64,000 nucleotides of DNA from Gammaproteobacteria bacterium (lineage in GTDB: Bacteria; Pseudomonadota; Gammaproteobacteria; UBA4575), in contig CBDCTA010000029.1 of the NCBI GenBank assembly GCA_965221955.1, positions 1 to 64,000 on the forward strand, written 5' to 3'. Under the pieces are notes generated by a model that worked only from the letters and a program-made list of their open reading frames with translations, was not told the origin of the DNA and made no database searches. The translations under genes and the position numbers were made by a program. Below are positions 19,501 to 28,901 of this stretch, piece by piece (position 1 is the stretch's first letter; the number at the start of each line of letters is the position of its first letter).

Positions 19501-19724
19501 TTATAGAATTTGAAAAAGATTTAATAGAACTAGGAATTAGAGCTCCGATAACAAAAGGTGCAAAAAAATGGTGGAATATTTTTAGTATTCATGAACCCGA
19601 ATACGATTTTTCGGGTTTTAAAATTAATTGCAACGGAATTAATTGTGGAATTTTACATGAACCCACTGGAAAATTTACGCCAGCATGTAGATCCCAAAAT
19701 GCTAATGGATTTGCTTCGTGCTGA
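13503..19724 (+). CDS. Secreted RHS/YD-repeat polymorphic toxin (SpvB/TcB-like N-terminus, FG-GAP propeller, RHS core, unknown C-terminal domain)
   Basis: Signal peptide; GAATYSVPIVVPPG..GLLGVGW; seven GDFNGDG-type repeats; YD repeats; RGYTGHE..MNGRVYDP..NPLSYTDPSG core. Confidence 0.92.
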   Translation: MRIRAVLVSVVLFLFTNSMVHANLVASTPGEFSVSSTGAATYSVPIVVPPGTAGVEPKLSLNYSSQGRNGLLGVGWSIGGLSVIHRCPANLVKDGFIDGIDFDDNDRFCLDGQPLIAINGTYGANNTEYRTEINNFSKIISYGSTGNGPEMFKVWTKSGEIMEYGYTTDSRINPPLADGTTQSDALCWLLNKVTDTVGNFMTVTYFEDTSTGENYPQQIDYTGNTGLTPYNSVEFTYEARTDSGTRYLAGLKMESTKRLKTITSKEGANKVREYKLTYIETTETNQSQISSFQECDGSANCIAATNLTTPHEADGTTTQAFLQQGSSQGPVWRDGNGHDSFLGEFNGDGRTDVVQIARDNYNAQTLFTNTNGSFTQAFHDTTSLIWRTGDTGYGTFPGDFNGDGLTDLLQLQRSNYYGQTLLADGNGSFTQAHLQNNYPNDGYFWDGGPVNNTGTDTYMGDFNGDGLTDAVQIQRDYYQSQTLLSNGDGTFSRAHLQDNYPTNGTIWRTGTATDAYTGDFNGDGLTDILQVMEGYYQAQTLLSNGDGTFTQAHLQDNYPNDGVIWRVGSASEIFTADFNGDGLTDILQIMKDYYLAQTLLSNGDGTFTRAHYQDNYPNDGVVYRVGSGYTTHLGDFNGDGMSDILQLHRTLYEGQTLFSNGDGTFTRAHLQSNYPNDGNYWDGGPENNTGTDTFVGEFSGDGLSDVLQIQREYYYAQTLFSNGNQFELASAIINGLGVDIEIDYTPITNNTIYTKGSGASFPEIDLQAPMYVVSESRTNNGLGSNEFNTLTYEYEGAKVHVQGRGLLGFSKRTVTDVDTNIVIETNYKQAFPYIGQVESTKTTVDGTLVSEESNTFAALGNTTTGPAFPYVDPAVSKTYDVNGGALLTTVTTDSTYDSYGNPTNITVTTADVGIDTYTTTTLNTYTNDTTKWHLGRLTQAVVSKTGGAQTSPSRTSTFEYDSTNGLLTKETIEPGGSFELVKTYTHDGFGNRISVTESGSGITSRTTTTSYDSKGQFPTTVTNALGHSESREYNDPYGNVTKLTGPNLLDTTWEYDSLGRKSREMRADGTETNMTYAFCNGSCPSQVSSLASYKITTTTTGAATSIAYYDAVNRVILTETQSFDGTSVYVETEYDAQGRVDRRSNPYFGTSTTYWTDYSYDDLGRVIQEDSPTTGLTTMTYSGFITTVTVHRDQGGTITQLDNKEQTNSLGQTLWTEDDNNNQLTFAYDAQGNLITVTDSEGNITSNTYNLRGFKTTMSDPDMGDWKYEYNVLGELTAQWDAKTSHTGPATVTMSYDKLGRLISRTENEGTTTWTYDTATKGKGKLASVSHYGGYSRSHTYDSVGRPSSTTTVIGGSSYTATTTYDPSGRVDDVSYPGSSNFKVDHVYNIHGYLEKVRNANNTSEVFYTALAADQFGNITSQTLGSGAAAITTFRSYQQNSGRIQHIDSVVQDLEYTFDSIGNLTQRKDHDQSALTEDFTYDNLNRLKKADVLTVGYVDFTYDDLGNITNKSDVGNYTYGAGNAGPHAVTSAGGNTYTYDNNGNQITGDGKTITWSSFNKPTQITKGSSTSSFTYGPDRARYLQVTTESSTTTTTTYIGGLYEKVEKTGQATQEKHFIRAGNQTIAIFTDRSSGTDTTEYLHRDHLGSIDTITDANGAIVEKLSFDAFGKRRLSNWNSGVPSIVSNNTRGYTGHEMLDAVGLIHMNGRVYDPLLGRFMSADPTMQFPKNMQNYNRYSYVLNNPLSYTDPSGFFLKSIKKAFKKLVKGIKKVFKKIAQNELLSALVTIGVGFGVFTLASKFIASKVIAGAIGGFAGGFVGSGGDIRAGVIGGLSGAALGAIGAKFGKPQLFSPKHFIKIGLHGLVGGAASAAQGGKFGRGFLSAGVTQAFAPGIDNIDSDNLGISLERTLVAAVVGGTTSELTGGKFANGAVTGSFSRLLNDEYTKQLAEDLKQKIDVLLKMSNKELKVALGVTASDLPIVKHQLGVIYGAANGQQYIDTIIEFEKDLIELGIRAPITKGAKKWWNIFSIHEPEYDFSGFKINCNGINCGILHEPTGKFTPACRSQNANGFASC
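14520..15672 (+). repeat. Intragenic ~180-bp coding tandem repeats (FG-GAP blades)
   Basis: Seven ~57-63 aa units of the form G(D/E)FNGDGLTD.LQ...YY.QTL.SNGDGTF; boundaries approximate. Confidence 0.8.
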
Positions 19725-20215
19725 TAAGTTTGAGCCTAAAAAATATTCTGATTATATTGCTAATTACGTTATTAGTCTTTTATACAAATGTAGTATTTGG
19801 AGGTTGCGCAACAAGTGTAAAAGTATTTGATGGATTTATATTTATCCCAAATGATGAATACTTTTTAGATAGTAGAGAAACTGAAAAGATTCTGTTTCGA
19901 TCTATGGATCTTTTAGATCAAATATCATATGGCCCTTATACAAATGATATAAATATCGAAACACAAGAAGGGGAAGTTAGTTGGGAGAATTATTTTCTTC
20001 TTAGTAAAGATAAATATGAAAATTTAAATGTAAATATCATGACCCCAGATGAGGGAGTTCCATTTCATAAAGAGTTATACGTGGTTGTAATACATAATAA
20101 AAAAACTTATTTATTAATAACTAGCAAAAATTCTGATAAATGGAAATATATCATGGATACCTATAGGCAAATATCGATTTCAGACTTTGTAGATTTGCCA
20201 AATCGAATAAAATAA
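19718..20215 (+). CDS. Candidate immunity protein for the RHS toxin
   Basis: Overlaps the RHS stop codon, is AT-rich and has an N-terminal signal/TM segment. Confidence 0.6.
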   Translation: MLISLSLKNILIILLITLLVFYTNVVFGGCATSVKVFDGFIFIPNDEYFLDSRETEKILFRSMDLLDQISYGPYTNDINIETQEGEVSWENYFLLSKDKYENLNVNIMTPDEGVPFHKELYVVVIHNKKTYLLITSKNSDKWKYIMDTYRQISISDFVDLPNRIK

Positions 20216-20381
20216 ATCAACAACACCAAATTCGATTGAATTATTGGCAGGGGTAACAATTCACAACAAACTTATTGCCTGACTTATAGTGCTCTGTTGT
20301 GCTTTGTTTGAAAATTTTTAGTAAAAGTATGTTGTGATCGCCCAATGCGTTTCAATAAAAACAATTACTTAAAAAAGGAGA

Positions 20382-20440
20382 TGATGGCTATGGTTGGACT
20401 TGAACCAATGACCCCAGCATCATGAATGCACTGCTTTACC
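20382..20440 (-). pseudogene. Degenerate 3' fragment of an elongator tRNA-Met-like gene
   Basis: Minus strand GGTAAAGCAGTGCATTCATGATGCTGGGGTCATTGGTTCAAGTCCAACCATAGCCATCA has a CAT loop, a GGTTCAAGTCC T-arm and a TAGCCA end; the 5' acceptor strand is absent. Confidence 0.65.
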
Positions 20441-20569
20441 TTATCCCAAAATCAGAAATTGTTGAGGTTTATGTAAATTCAAATGTATATATAGTGGTGG
20501 AAAATTGGTGGAAATTAAAAATTTTGGTGAAATTTATTCGTATTAGTTTAGCTAACCTTTTGATCCTAC

Positions 20570-20646
20570 TGGTGGGCCCGGTAGGATTCGAACCTACGAC
20601 CAAAGGATTATGAGTCCTCTGCTCTAACCAACTGAGCTACAGGCCC
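20570..20646 (-). tRNA. ileX: tRNA-Ile2 (CAT anticodon, lysidine type)
   Basis: GGGCCTGTAGCTCAGTTGGTTAGAGCAGAGGACTCATAATCCTTTGGTCGTAGGTTCGAATCCTACCGGGCCCACCA folds as a cloverleaf. Ile2 is preferred over Met from the acceptor stem and the position downstream of rpoD. Confidence 0.88.
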
Positions 20647-20700
20647 TAAAGGAGTGAAATTTGAATAGAGAATTTTACCCTAATTCTCTAAGGAATTTCC

Positions 20701-22518
20701 TTATTCTATTTCTAGAAAGCTGCGTAATTGCTCAGAACGACTTGGATGACGTAATTTGCGTAATGCTTTGGCTTCGATTTGACGAATACGTTCACGCGTA
20801 ACATCAAATTGTTTACCTACTTCTTCTAGAGTGTGGTCGGTATTCATGTCAATACCAAAACGCATGCGCAGTACTTTTGCTTCTCTAGGTGTGAGCGAGG
20901 CAAGTATTTCACGTGTGGCTTCGCCTAAACCTTCAAAAGCTGCAGAATCGACCGGGGATTCAATAGTGGCATCTTCAATAAAGTCGCCAAGATGTGAGTC
21001 TTCGTCATCACCGATAGGTGTTTCCATGGAAATCGGTTCTTTGGCAATTTTTAATACTTTGCGAACTTTGTCTTCAGGCATTTCCATGCGTTCCGCGAGT
21101 TCTTCTGGTGTTGCTTCACGACCCATTTCTTGAAGCATTTGGCGTGAAATACGATTAAGTTTGTTAATCGTTTCAATCATATGCACAGGAATTCGAATTG
21201 TGCGTGCCTGGTCGGCAATTGAACGTGTAATTGCTTGACGAATCCACCATGTTGCATAAGTAGAAAATTTATAACCACGTCGATATTCAAATTTATCTAC
21301 GGCTTTCATTAAACCAATGTTGCCTTCTTGGATAAGGTCTAAAAACTGTAAGCCACGATTGGTGTATTTTTTTGCAATTGAAATAACCAAACGTAAGTTT
21401 GCTTCGACCATTTCTTTCTTGGCTCGACGAGCTTTTGCTTCGCCAATCGACATACGACGATTGATGTCTTTGATTTCGCCTACAGTCAAACCTATTTCAT
21501 CTTCAATAAGTAATAGTTTCTCTTGTTCTTTAATAATTTCAGGTTTTAATTCCTCTATTGCTTTAGAGTACTTAGCACGAGCTTTTGTTTGATTGTCCGC
21601 CCATTTTAAATCGGTCTCATTACCCGCAAAAGTTTCAATAAATTTGCTGCGAGACATTTTTGCATCGTGTACACAAATCTGCATGATACCTCGCTCGTGA
21701 GAGCGGATACGGTTCATCATTTTGCGTACGTCTTCAGTAAGAATATCTACAATTTTTGGCACTAACTTGACCATAGTAAATTCTTCAGCGAGTTTTTCGC
21801 GTGCCTTGCCTAACTTTTTGTCATCATTGGCGACTGTAGTGCTAGAAAGTTTTTTAAATAATTTTTCTAAGCCTTTAAAAAATGCACGAGCTTCTTCTGG
21901 GTCAGGACCAGTGTCGATCTCTTCCTCATCTTCTTCGCCTTCTAGTTGGTTTCTCTCTCTTTCTGCTTGCTGTTGAGCGGCGGGAGGTGGAATCGCATCA
22001 GTGTCTTCATCTGGATCAACAAAGCCTGTGATTAAATCGGTTAGTCGTAACTCTTCGGTTTCAACTTTGTTGTACATGAAGAGTAATTTTTCTATCGTGG
22101 CGGGGTAGTGCCCGATTGCGAATAAAACCTGGCGTAGACCATCTTCAATACGCTTGGCAATTTTAATTTCGCCTTCTCGAGTCAATAGATTAACAATACC
22201 CATCTCACGCATGTACATACGTACTGGGTCTGTTGTGCGTCCAAACTCACTATCAACGGTTGCAAGTGCAGCAGCAGCTTCTTCCGCTGCATCATCATCG
22301 GTCACGCTATCATCAGTTAGCACTAAGCTATCGGCATCGGGTGCTTGTTCATGGACTTTTATGCCCATGTCATTAATCATGCTTACGATGTCTTCGATTT
22401 GCTCGGGATCAACAATGCCACTAGGCAGGTGGTCATTTACCTCGGCATAGGTGAGATAACCTTGCTCTTTACCTTTTGCGATAAGTTGTTTGATGCTGGA
22501 TTGTTGATCTTCGTCCAT
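20701..22518 (-). CDS. rpoD: RNA polymerase sigma factor RpoD
   Basis: [28 protein letters not shown] and [22 protein letters not shown]. Confidence 0.99.
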   Translation of the reverse strand: MDEDQQSSIKQLIAKGKEQGYLTYAEVNDHLPSGIVDPEQIEDIVSMINDMGIKVHEQAPDADSLVLTDDSVTDDDAAEEAAAALATVDSEFGRTTDPVRMYMREMGIVNLLTREGEIKIAKRIEDGLRQVLFAIGHYPATIEKLLFMYNKVETEELRLTDLITGFVDPDEDTDAIPPPAAQQQAERERNQLEGEEDEEEIDTGPDPEEARAFFKGLEKLFKKLSSTTVANDDKKLGKAREKLAEEFTMVKLVPKIVDILTEDVRKMMNRIRSHERGIMQICVHDAKMSRSKFIETFAGNETDLKWADNQTKARAKYSKAIEELKPEIIKEQEKLLLIEDEIGLTVGEIKDINRRMSIGEAKARRAKKEMVEANLRLVISIAKKYTNRGLQFLDLIQEGNIGLMKAVDKFEYRRGYKFSTYATWWIRQAITRSIADQARTIRIPVHMIETINKLNRISRQMLQEMGREATPEELAERMEMPEDKVRKVLKIAKEPISMETPIGDDEDSHLGDFIEDATIESPVDSAAFEGLGEATREILASLTPREAKVLRMRFGIDMNTDHTLEEVGKQFDVTRERIRQIEAKALRKLRHPSRSEQLRSFLEIE

Positions 22519-22590
22519 TTGCTAGTGCCAGATTTGAAAGCTATTGAGTGAACCGGAAAGTATATCAGAAAAGACTGATATAGATAGTAT

Positions 22591-24294
22591 CTATGATACT
22601 TTCTGATGAAGTAAGTTCTTGAATTCTTGAAGTTCATCATCATTTAGGCCGCCAGAACGCTGTTTTTCAATGAGTTCCTGTACCCGAGTTTTCTGAGATT
22701 TACGCTCGATCCAGCCTAGGGCATCATCTAGAGCAGCCTTAGGATTTGTCAACTCTGGTGGATTCCAGGACATTAGTTTCTGAATTTGTTGTTCCTCTTT
22801 TTGGCCTCGAAAACGTTCAATCAAGGCCGCATGATTGAGCGCTGGCTCTTGTTGCCAAATGGAAATAATTTTTGAGAGTAACGGCACACCCGATAGAGAG
22901 CTGTTTTCAAGATATACAGTAGATTCTATTTCCAAAGCTAATGATGGTTGATGTAGCAATGCCGCTACTGCTAAACGTACTGGTGTTACTTTATTATTTG
23001 AAGTGGCCAAAGCTGTATTCTGTGTTCTTGAAGAAGTGGTGTATTGAATAGGCGCACCAACTTTTTTTTCTAATTCTTCGAAAATTAATTTTTTGTAAAT
23101 ACCTTGAGGAAATTTTTCTAATAAAGGTTTTGCAATTTGTGCTAGCCTGGCTTTTCCCGATGGGGTTCGAATGTCAATGTCTTCGCATAACTTTGAATAT
23201 ATAAAATTCGATAAAGAATCACCTTCACTAACATACTGTAAAAATATTTCTTTACCACGAGTACGAATTAAACTGTCAGGATCCTCGCCTTGTGGTAGAA
23301 ATAAAAATTTTGCTTCAAGACCATCTTTAAATAGAGGTATGGTTTGCTGTGCTGCACGCCATGCAGCATCTCGACCTGCACGATCACCATCAAAACAAAA
23401 AATAATTTCTTGAGTGCAGCGATATAAATTTTGTATATGTTGAGAAGTAGTTGCAGTACCTAGTGTTGCGACAACATTTTCTATGCCATGTTGCGCAAGA
23501 GCAACAACATCCATATAGCCTTCAACGACGATAAGTGACTTTGAAGTTTTTTTTGCTTTGCGAGCCTCATATAAACCATATAGCGATTCACTTTTGTGAA
23601 AAACAGGTGTCTCTGGCGAATTTAAATATTTAGGTATTGCATCGTCTAGAACTCGACCGCCAAATCCAATCACACGTCCACGGCGATCTTTAATTGGAAA
23701 CACAATGCGGTTACGAAAACGATCGTATAGACTCCCTTTATCGCTTTTTTTAATTAAACCAATTTCGATCAATTGTTCTTGTGTAGCAGCGTTATCAAAT
23801 TGTTTCAGCAAGTTTTCAAAGCCATCTGCGGCATAACCCAAATCATATTTGGCAGCGATCTCACCACTCACACCTCGATTTTTTAAATAATCAATTGCGT
23901 GTTGATGTTGTCGTAAGTTTTTTTGAAAGTGGGTATTTGCTTGTTCTAATAGTACATAAAGTTCTTGGTGGCCATCTTTTACATAGTTAGTATCGTCATG
24001 AGGTACTTCTAAGCCATGTTGTTGAGCAAGAACTTCTACTGCTTCAATAAAATCTAAGCGCTCATATTCCATTAAAAAACCCAGTGCGGTGCCATGTGCT
24101 CCACAGCCGAAGCAATGATAAAATTGTTTTTCGGGGCTTACCGTAAATGAGGCTGTTTTTTCATTATGAAATGGACAACAAGCGGCATACTCTTTGCCTT
24201 TCTTTTTTAATGAAACATGGCTATCTATGAGCTCAACAATATCTGTGCGATTGATGATTTCATCAATAAAGGTTTGGGGAATTCTCGAGGACAC
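22591..24294 (-). CDS. dnaG: DNA primase
   Basis: CPFHNEK zinc finger, KYLNSPET, VEGYMDV and FDGDRAG. Confidence 0.98.
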   Translation of the reverse strand: MSSRIPQTFIDEIINRTDIVELIDSHVSLKKKGKEYAACCPFHNEKTASFTVSPEKQFYHCFGCGAHGTALGFLMEYERLDFIEAVEVLAQQHGLEVPHDDTNYVKDGHQELYVLLEQANTHFQKNLRQHQHAIDYLKNRGVSGEIAAKYDLGYAADGFENLLKQFDNAATQEQLIEIGLIKKSDKGSLYDRFRNRIVFPIKDRRGRVIGFGGRVLDDAIPKYLNSPETPVFHKSESLYGLYEARKAKKTSKSLIVVEGYMDVVALAQHGIENVVATLGTATTSQHIQNLYRCTQEIIFCFDGDRAGRDAAWRAAQQTIPLFKDGLEAKFLFLPQGEDPDSLIRTRGKEIFLQYVSEGDSLSNFIYSKLCEDIDIRTPSGKARLAQIAKPLLEKFPQGIYKKLIFEELEKKVGAPIQYTTSSRTQNTALATSNNKVTPVRLAVAALLHQPSLALEIESTVYLENSSLSGVPLLSKIISIWQQEPALNHAALIERFRGQKEEQQIQKLMSWNPPELTNPKAALDDALGWIERKSQKTRVQELIEKQRSGGLNDDELQEFKNLLHQKVS

Positions 24295-24435
24295 TGTGCG
24301 CTAGCTAATTATATATGAAAGTAATTTTGTAAGCAGACAATGATGAACCTTTCGCATTAAAACTTAAAGGTTTTAAGTTAAACCCTAGAGCTAAACTCTT
24401 AAAGCTAAGCCAAGATACACTATATTTATTCGGGT

Positions 24436-26037
24436 TTATTGTTTGTTGATGAGTTCTTGTAGGTACTTAATTTGGATAGGGTAAGGGGTATTTTTTTTCA
24501 GCGCATCTGAAAGCTGTTCGATACCTTTCAATGCCTCTTCTCGTGAAGTGTAGGAGCCATGTACTAAAACATACCAAGTTTTGTCAGCAGAAGATTTTTG
24601 ATAGTAAGCAGTATTTTCTATTAAGGAGTGTTTATTGATAAAATCTAAAAGATTTTTTTCATTAGGTGAAGCGACTATTTGTATCGTATATGAGCTAGGG
24701 TCTTGCTTGATTATCCAATCCGAAGAAAAGTCTGAGTTTTGAGTCGTTTTCTGTTCAAGGGCTTCTGTTGTTTTAGTTGTAATAGTAGGTTTTTCTTTGG
24801 GCTTTTTATTTGCTTTTGCATCCTTTTCAACCTCAGACTTATCTTTTTGTAGAGGACCTAGTACCAGTGGCGCTACATAGGGTTTTGCAATAGGTTTTTC
24901 CGTTTGCTTTTCTTTTTCTGCAACTTCAAGTTTTTTAGTTTCAGTAGTTGGGGTTTTTTCAGATTTATCAGCTAATTTGGGTTTCTCTATCTCCTGCTCA
25001 AGTTTTGGTTTCGAAATATCGAGTTCTATGGGCTCATCTGAATCATCGGAATTTTTAATTAAGGCAGAGAAGATAACTGCCAGTCCAATTAGTCCAGCTA
25101 GTATTAGTCCTAACCGCATACCAGGGCTGGATTGAAATTTGTGAGATTTGTTATCAGTAGAAGATGGATGCTCACATTGATAAGAAAGTTCTTCACGCGC
25201 CAATTTATTAATATATTTAGGTAAGCCTTTTGACTTTGAATAAATCTCTGTAATTTTAGAGGGGCTAAAAATATCTTGGCTAGAAGCGCCGGCTTGCTCT
25301 AAACGATAGTTAAGATAATCTTCACATTGACTTGCATCAAAAGAACGCACATTCACTTGGTATATTTGAGTTGCAGCGGGATTTGTTTGTTCTAGTTCAG
25401 ACAGTTGAGTTTGCACATTGGGTTCAGCGGCAAGTACCAAACCCATGGCTTTGTCAGATTGCAAGCCAACATGATGCTTTAGTTTTAATAGTTCATCGAG
25501 TACATTATTTTCAAGTCGATGTGCATCATCAATGATGAGTACAGGATGCTTTTCGTCTTCTATATATTGTTTTATATGCTCGCTTGTATTCAGCGGTTCA
25601 TTATCAGTATCTAACAGGTCGGGGTCTTCATCTGCATTTTTTGATAGCTGCCAACGCTCTTTAATCTTTTGTTCGATATCAGCAAAAGTGGTCTTTGGCT
25701 TAGCTCTCAAGGTGCAAAAGTTAAACTGTTGGTAACCTTTACGCAGTAGCATGCGTAAATGTGTGGTTTTGCCTATACCTACTTCTCCAAGCAGCACGAT
25801 CGTTGAGTTTTGATTTAATAAATAGTCCATCAAAACATTCATGGACATTTCGAGTTGCTTATCTATAAATATAAAAGGATCTCGTGCATGATCAATAAAT
25901 GGGTTTTGTTCAAGGCCTAATTTTTCAAGACATTCGATCGATATAAAATCCATATCCATATCTTCAATTGCATCAGCGTTATAGCGATTTTCAAATGGTT
26001 TTTGCATTGAATATCCGTTCGTGTTCAGCAATCGCAT
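24436..26037 (-). CDS. AAA (ExeA-like) plus SPOR-domain protein, DamX-like
   Basis: [15 protein letters not shown], one TM segment and a C-terminal [17 protein letters not shown] motif. True start may be downstream. Confidence 0.8.
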   Translation of the reverse strand: MRLLNTNGYSMQKPFENRYNADAIEDMDMDFISIECLEKLGLEQNPFIDHARDPFIFIDKQLEMSMNVLMDYLLNQNSTIVLLGEVGIGKTTHLRMLLRKGYQQFNFCTLRAKPKTTFADIEQKIKERWQLSKNADEDPDLLDTDNEPLNTSEHIKQYIEDEKHPVLIIDDAHRLENNVLDELLKLKHHVGLQSDKAMGLVLAAEPNVQTQLSELEQTNPAATQIYQVNVRSFDASQCEDYLNYRLEQAGASSQDIFSPSKITEIYSKSKGLPKYINKLAREELSYQCEHPSSTDNKSHKFQSSPGMRLGLILAGLIGLAVIFSALIKNSDDSDEPIELDISKPKLEQEIEKPKLADKSEKTPTTETKKLEVAEKEKQTEKPIAKPYVAPLVLGPLQKDKSEVEKDAKANKKPKEKPTITTKTTEALEQKTTQNSDFSSDWIIKQDPSSYTIQIVASPNEKNLLDFINKHSLIENTAYYQKSSADKTWYVLVHGSYTSREEALKGIEQLSDALKKNTPYPIQIKYLQELINKQ

Positions 26038-27181
26038 AACGATCAGTCATGCCGGCAATATAATCTGCAACAGTACGTGCTCTGCCTTGAGAGCCTTTTA
26101 GTGATTCAGCAGTTGATGCATACATTTGATATTCATCGGGCATAAGCTTGATGTCATTATAAAATGAAGTATATAAATCTAAAATTATATTTTTTGCCTT
26201 TTGACTCATACGGTGTACTTTGTAGTGTTGGTACAGATTCTTATTTAAGAAAGATTTGAGCTCACGGTTTTTTAAATACATCGATTCACTGAATTGGATT
26301 AAAGGCTTAGTTTCAGAACGCACGTCATCGATTGTTTTAGGTTTTTTATGCATTATGGCATCTGAACTTTTGGTTATTAAGTCAGTAACAAGTTCATTAA
26401 TTATGCTGCGAATACTCTCATAAACCTTGCGGCGTTCACTTAGTTCAGGAAATTTTGTGGTTACCTGTTCAAACTTACCGTTAAATAATTCGATTTCACT
26501 CAGTTGTTTGACCGAAATAAGACCTGCGCGTAAACCGTCATCTAGGTCATGATTATTATAAGCGATTTGGTCTGCGATATTGGTTAATTGTGCTTCTAGG
26601 CTGGGCTGTTTACGGTCTAGAAAGCGTTGCCCCAAAGAGCCAAGCTTCTCTGCATTTTTGCGCGAGCAGTGTTTAAGAATTCCTTCTCTGGTTTCAAACA
26701 TTAAGTTCAAGCCTTCAAATGTGGGATACTTCAGTTCTAGCTTATCGACAACACGTAATGATTGTAAATTGTGCTCAAACCCACCATGTTCTTGCATACA
26801 TTCATTGAGAGCGTCTTGGCCGGCATGGCCGAACGGTGTATGACCCAGGTCATGAGCTAAGGATATTGCTTCACATAAATCTTCATTAAGATTTAATGCA
26901 CGTGCGATAGCGCGTGCAATTTGCGAAACTTCAATAGAGTGAGTTAGCCGTGTTCGAAATAAGTCGCCTTCGTGATTAACAAAAACTTGCGTTTTGTATT
27001 CTAGCCTGCGAAATGCAGTGCTATGAATAATTCTCTCACGATCACGCTGGAATTCAGTTCGATATTTTGTGCCTGCCTCGTTATATTGTCTACCTGAACT
27101 TTTGTCGTCATGCGCAGCATAAGGAGCTAAACCTTTAAAAGAAATTGCCTCGTTAGTCCTTATCGCAGATTGCACATTCAT
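25991..27181 (-). CDS. dgt: Deoxyguanosinetriphosphate triphosphohydrolase
   Basis: [30 protein letters not shown] and DYIAGMTD. Confidence 0.95.
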   Translation of the reverse strand: MNVQSAIRTNEAISFKGLAPYAAHDDKSSGRQYNEAGTKYRTEFQRDRERIIHSTAFRRLEYKTQVFVNHEGDLFRTRLTHSIEVSQIARAIARALNLNEDLCEAISLAHDLGHTPFGHAGQDALNECMQEHGGFEHNLQSLRVVDKLELKYPTFEGLNLMFETREGILKHCSRKNAEKLGSLGQRFLDRKQPSLEAQLTNIADQIAYNNHDLDDGLRAGLISVKQLSEIELFNGKFEQVTTKFPELSERRKVYESIRSIINELVTDLITKSSDAIMHKKPKTIDDVRSETKPLIQFSESMYLKNRELKSFLNKNLYQHYKVHRMSQKAKNIILDLYTSFYNDIKLMPDEYQMYASTAESLKGSQGRARTVADYIAGMTDRYAIAEHERIFNAKTI

Positions 27182-27185
27182 ATCT

Positions 27186-28271
27186 CTATTTATTACAAAA
27201 CTCTTTTAACGTTTCTTCAAGCAATGTTGGCTCATAGTTTGCAGTTAAAGTGGCATCTCCAATACTTTTAAGCAGTACTAAAAATAGTTTTCCAGCACGG
27301 ACTTTTTTGTCTACAGACATATGCGCCATAAACTCATCGATGCTCATGCTATCTGGTACAGTAGTTGGTAAATTTGCTTTTTCTAAAAGCGCTTCGACAC
27401 GAGAATAATCCTGTTCTGTTATCCATCCTTGTTTTATGGATAAGCGCATGGCCATTAACATCCCACAAGCAACCGCTTCACCATGCAGCCAATTACCATA
27501 CCCAACGCCTGTCTCAATGGCATGCCCAAAAGTATGGCCAAAATTTAATAGTGCGCGTGTACCCGTTTTTTCTAACTCATCTTCTGCAACAATTTCTGCT
27601 TTATTTTTACAAGAGCATTGTACTGCATAGGCAAGTGTTTCAGGATCACGGTTGATGAGTTTTTGAATGTTCTTTTCTAACCAAACAAAAAAATTATCAT
27701 CTCTTATTAATCCATACTTTATAACCTCAGCAATACCGGCACTTAACTCACGGTCATCTAATGTGTTTAGCGTACTAAGATCGGCGATCACACACTGAGG
27801 TTGATAAAAACAACCAATCATATTTTTACCAAGTGTATGGTTAACACCGGTTTTACCACCTACAGAAGAATCTACTTGTGCAAGTAATGTGGTGGGAATT
27901 TGTAGAAAATTTACACCACGTTGATAGGTTGCGGCTGCAAAGCCTGTAATATCACCAACCACACCTCCCCCAAGTGCAATTAAAGTGGTATTACGATCAC
28001 AATGCTTTTCTAAAAGAGAAGTGTATATGGCTTCCATTGTGGAGAGATTTTTATATTTCTCTCCATCAGGTAAAATCAGATTATTACAATTAAATCCCTC
28101 GTAGATTTCCAAAAGTTTATCAAGATATAGAGGCGCAACTTTTTCATTACTCACAATAAAAACATTTTTACTAGGGATGTGTTTAGTAAGTAGTTCAACA
28201 TCCGAGAGTAATTTTTCGCCAATGTAAATCGGATAACTTCTTTTACCAAGTTGAACATCAAATGTTTTCAT
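27186..28271 (-). CDS. aroB: 3-dehydroquinate synthase
   Basis: [24 protein letters not shown] and [12 protein letters not shown]. Confidence 0.98.
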   Translation of the reverse strand: MKTFDVQLGKRSYPIYIGEKLLSDVELLTKHIPSKNVFIVSNEKVAPLYLDKLLEIYEGFNCNNLILPDGEKYKNLSTMEAIYTSLLEKHCDRNTTLIALGGGVVGDITGFAAATYQRGVNFLQIPTTLLAQVDSSVGGKTGVNHTLGKNMIGCFYQPQCVIADLSTLNTLDDRELSAGIAEVIKYGLIRDDNFFVWLEKNIQKLINRDPETLAYAVQCSCKNKAEIVAEDELEKTGTRALLNFGHTFGHAIETGVGYGNWLHGEAVACGMLMAMRLSIKQGWITEQDYSRVEALLEKANLPTTVPDSMSIDEFMAHMSVDKKVRAGKLFLVLLKSIGDATLTANYEPTLLEETLKEFCNK

Positions 28272-28779
28272 TTTGAATAATTTTTAAAATTTGTTCAGTT
28301 GTCCATTTAACTGTATGTCTGTCGGTAATAATAGTGTGACTTGCAATAGACTCATATAGTGGTGTTCGTTGTTCTAATAGTTTGCAAATTGTCTCGCGTC
28401 TATTTGATGTTTTAAGTAGTGGTCTTGAGCCTTCGTTTTTAGCTCGACTGAGTATAGTTTCAATAGAGGCTTTTAAATAAAAAACAATTCCGGCTGATGA
28501 CAATAATTGTCGATTTTTCTTCGACAAAATTGCACCACCACCAGTTGCTAACACTATGTTATTCAGTTGGCAAAGCTCATAGATTACTTTTTCTTCGCGT
28601 TTACGGAACCCTTTTTCACCTTCATATTCAAAAATAGTAGCAATATCAACACCGGTACTACTAATAATTTCCTGATCACTATCGTGGAATTCTCTTGAAA
28701 GTTTTCTAGCCAGCCTTTTCCCAACAGTGGACTTGCCTACACCCATAGCGCCGATAAGAATAATGTTTTTTGTATCCAC
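28258..28779 (-). CDS. aroK: Shikimate kinase
   Basis: GAMGVGKSTVG, GEKGFR and ATGGG. Confidence 0.97.
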   Translation of the reverse strand: MDTKNIILIGAMGVGKSTVGKRLARKLSREFHDSDQEIISSTGVDIATIFEYEGEKGFRKREEKVIYELCQLNNIVLATGGGAILSKKNRQLLSSAGIVFYLKASIETILSRAKNEGSRPLLKTSNRRETICKLLEQRTPLYESIASHTIITDRHTVKWTTEQILKIIQNENI

Positions 28780-28846
28780 TTGCTTTTGAACTTTCTCAGA
28801 GCACTGTTGTTCCTATATAGCTAGCAAAAAGAGTATAGACCAAAAC

Positions 28847-28876
28847 GAAAAAACCCTCTTTATTGCAAAAGAGGGT
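28847..28876 (-). terminator. Intrinsic terminator after pilQ
   Basis: ACCCTCTTT..AAAGAGGGT stem followed by a T-run on the minus strand. Confidence 0.7.
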
Positions 28877-28901
28877 CAAAAAATATGAAATAACAACGAG
28901 G

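Larger units (their letters stand above)
2454..20616. mobile_element. Integrative element / genomic island (~18 kb) inserted in tRNA-Ile2(CAT)
   Basis: 47-bp direct repeats of the tRNA 3' half at both ends, a tyrosine integrase next to one end, an AlpA-like gene, and accessory cargo. Confidence 0.9.

Noticed and set aside
20281-20291. Second C-box (GACTTATAGTG)
   Set aside because: It is a single imperfect operator with no adjacent gene start and could be chance.
20422-20613. 63-aa ORF ending VGPVGFEPTTKGL
   Set aside because: It is an antisense translation of the tRNA/att region.
2454-20616. Prophage or ICE call
   Set aside because: No structural, lysis, terminase, relaxase or T4SS genes are recognisable.
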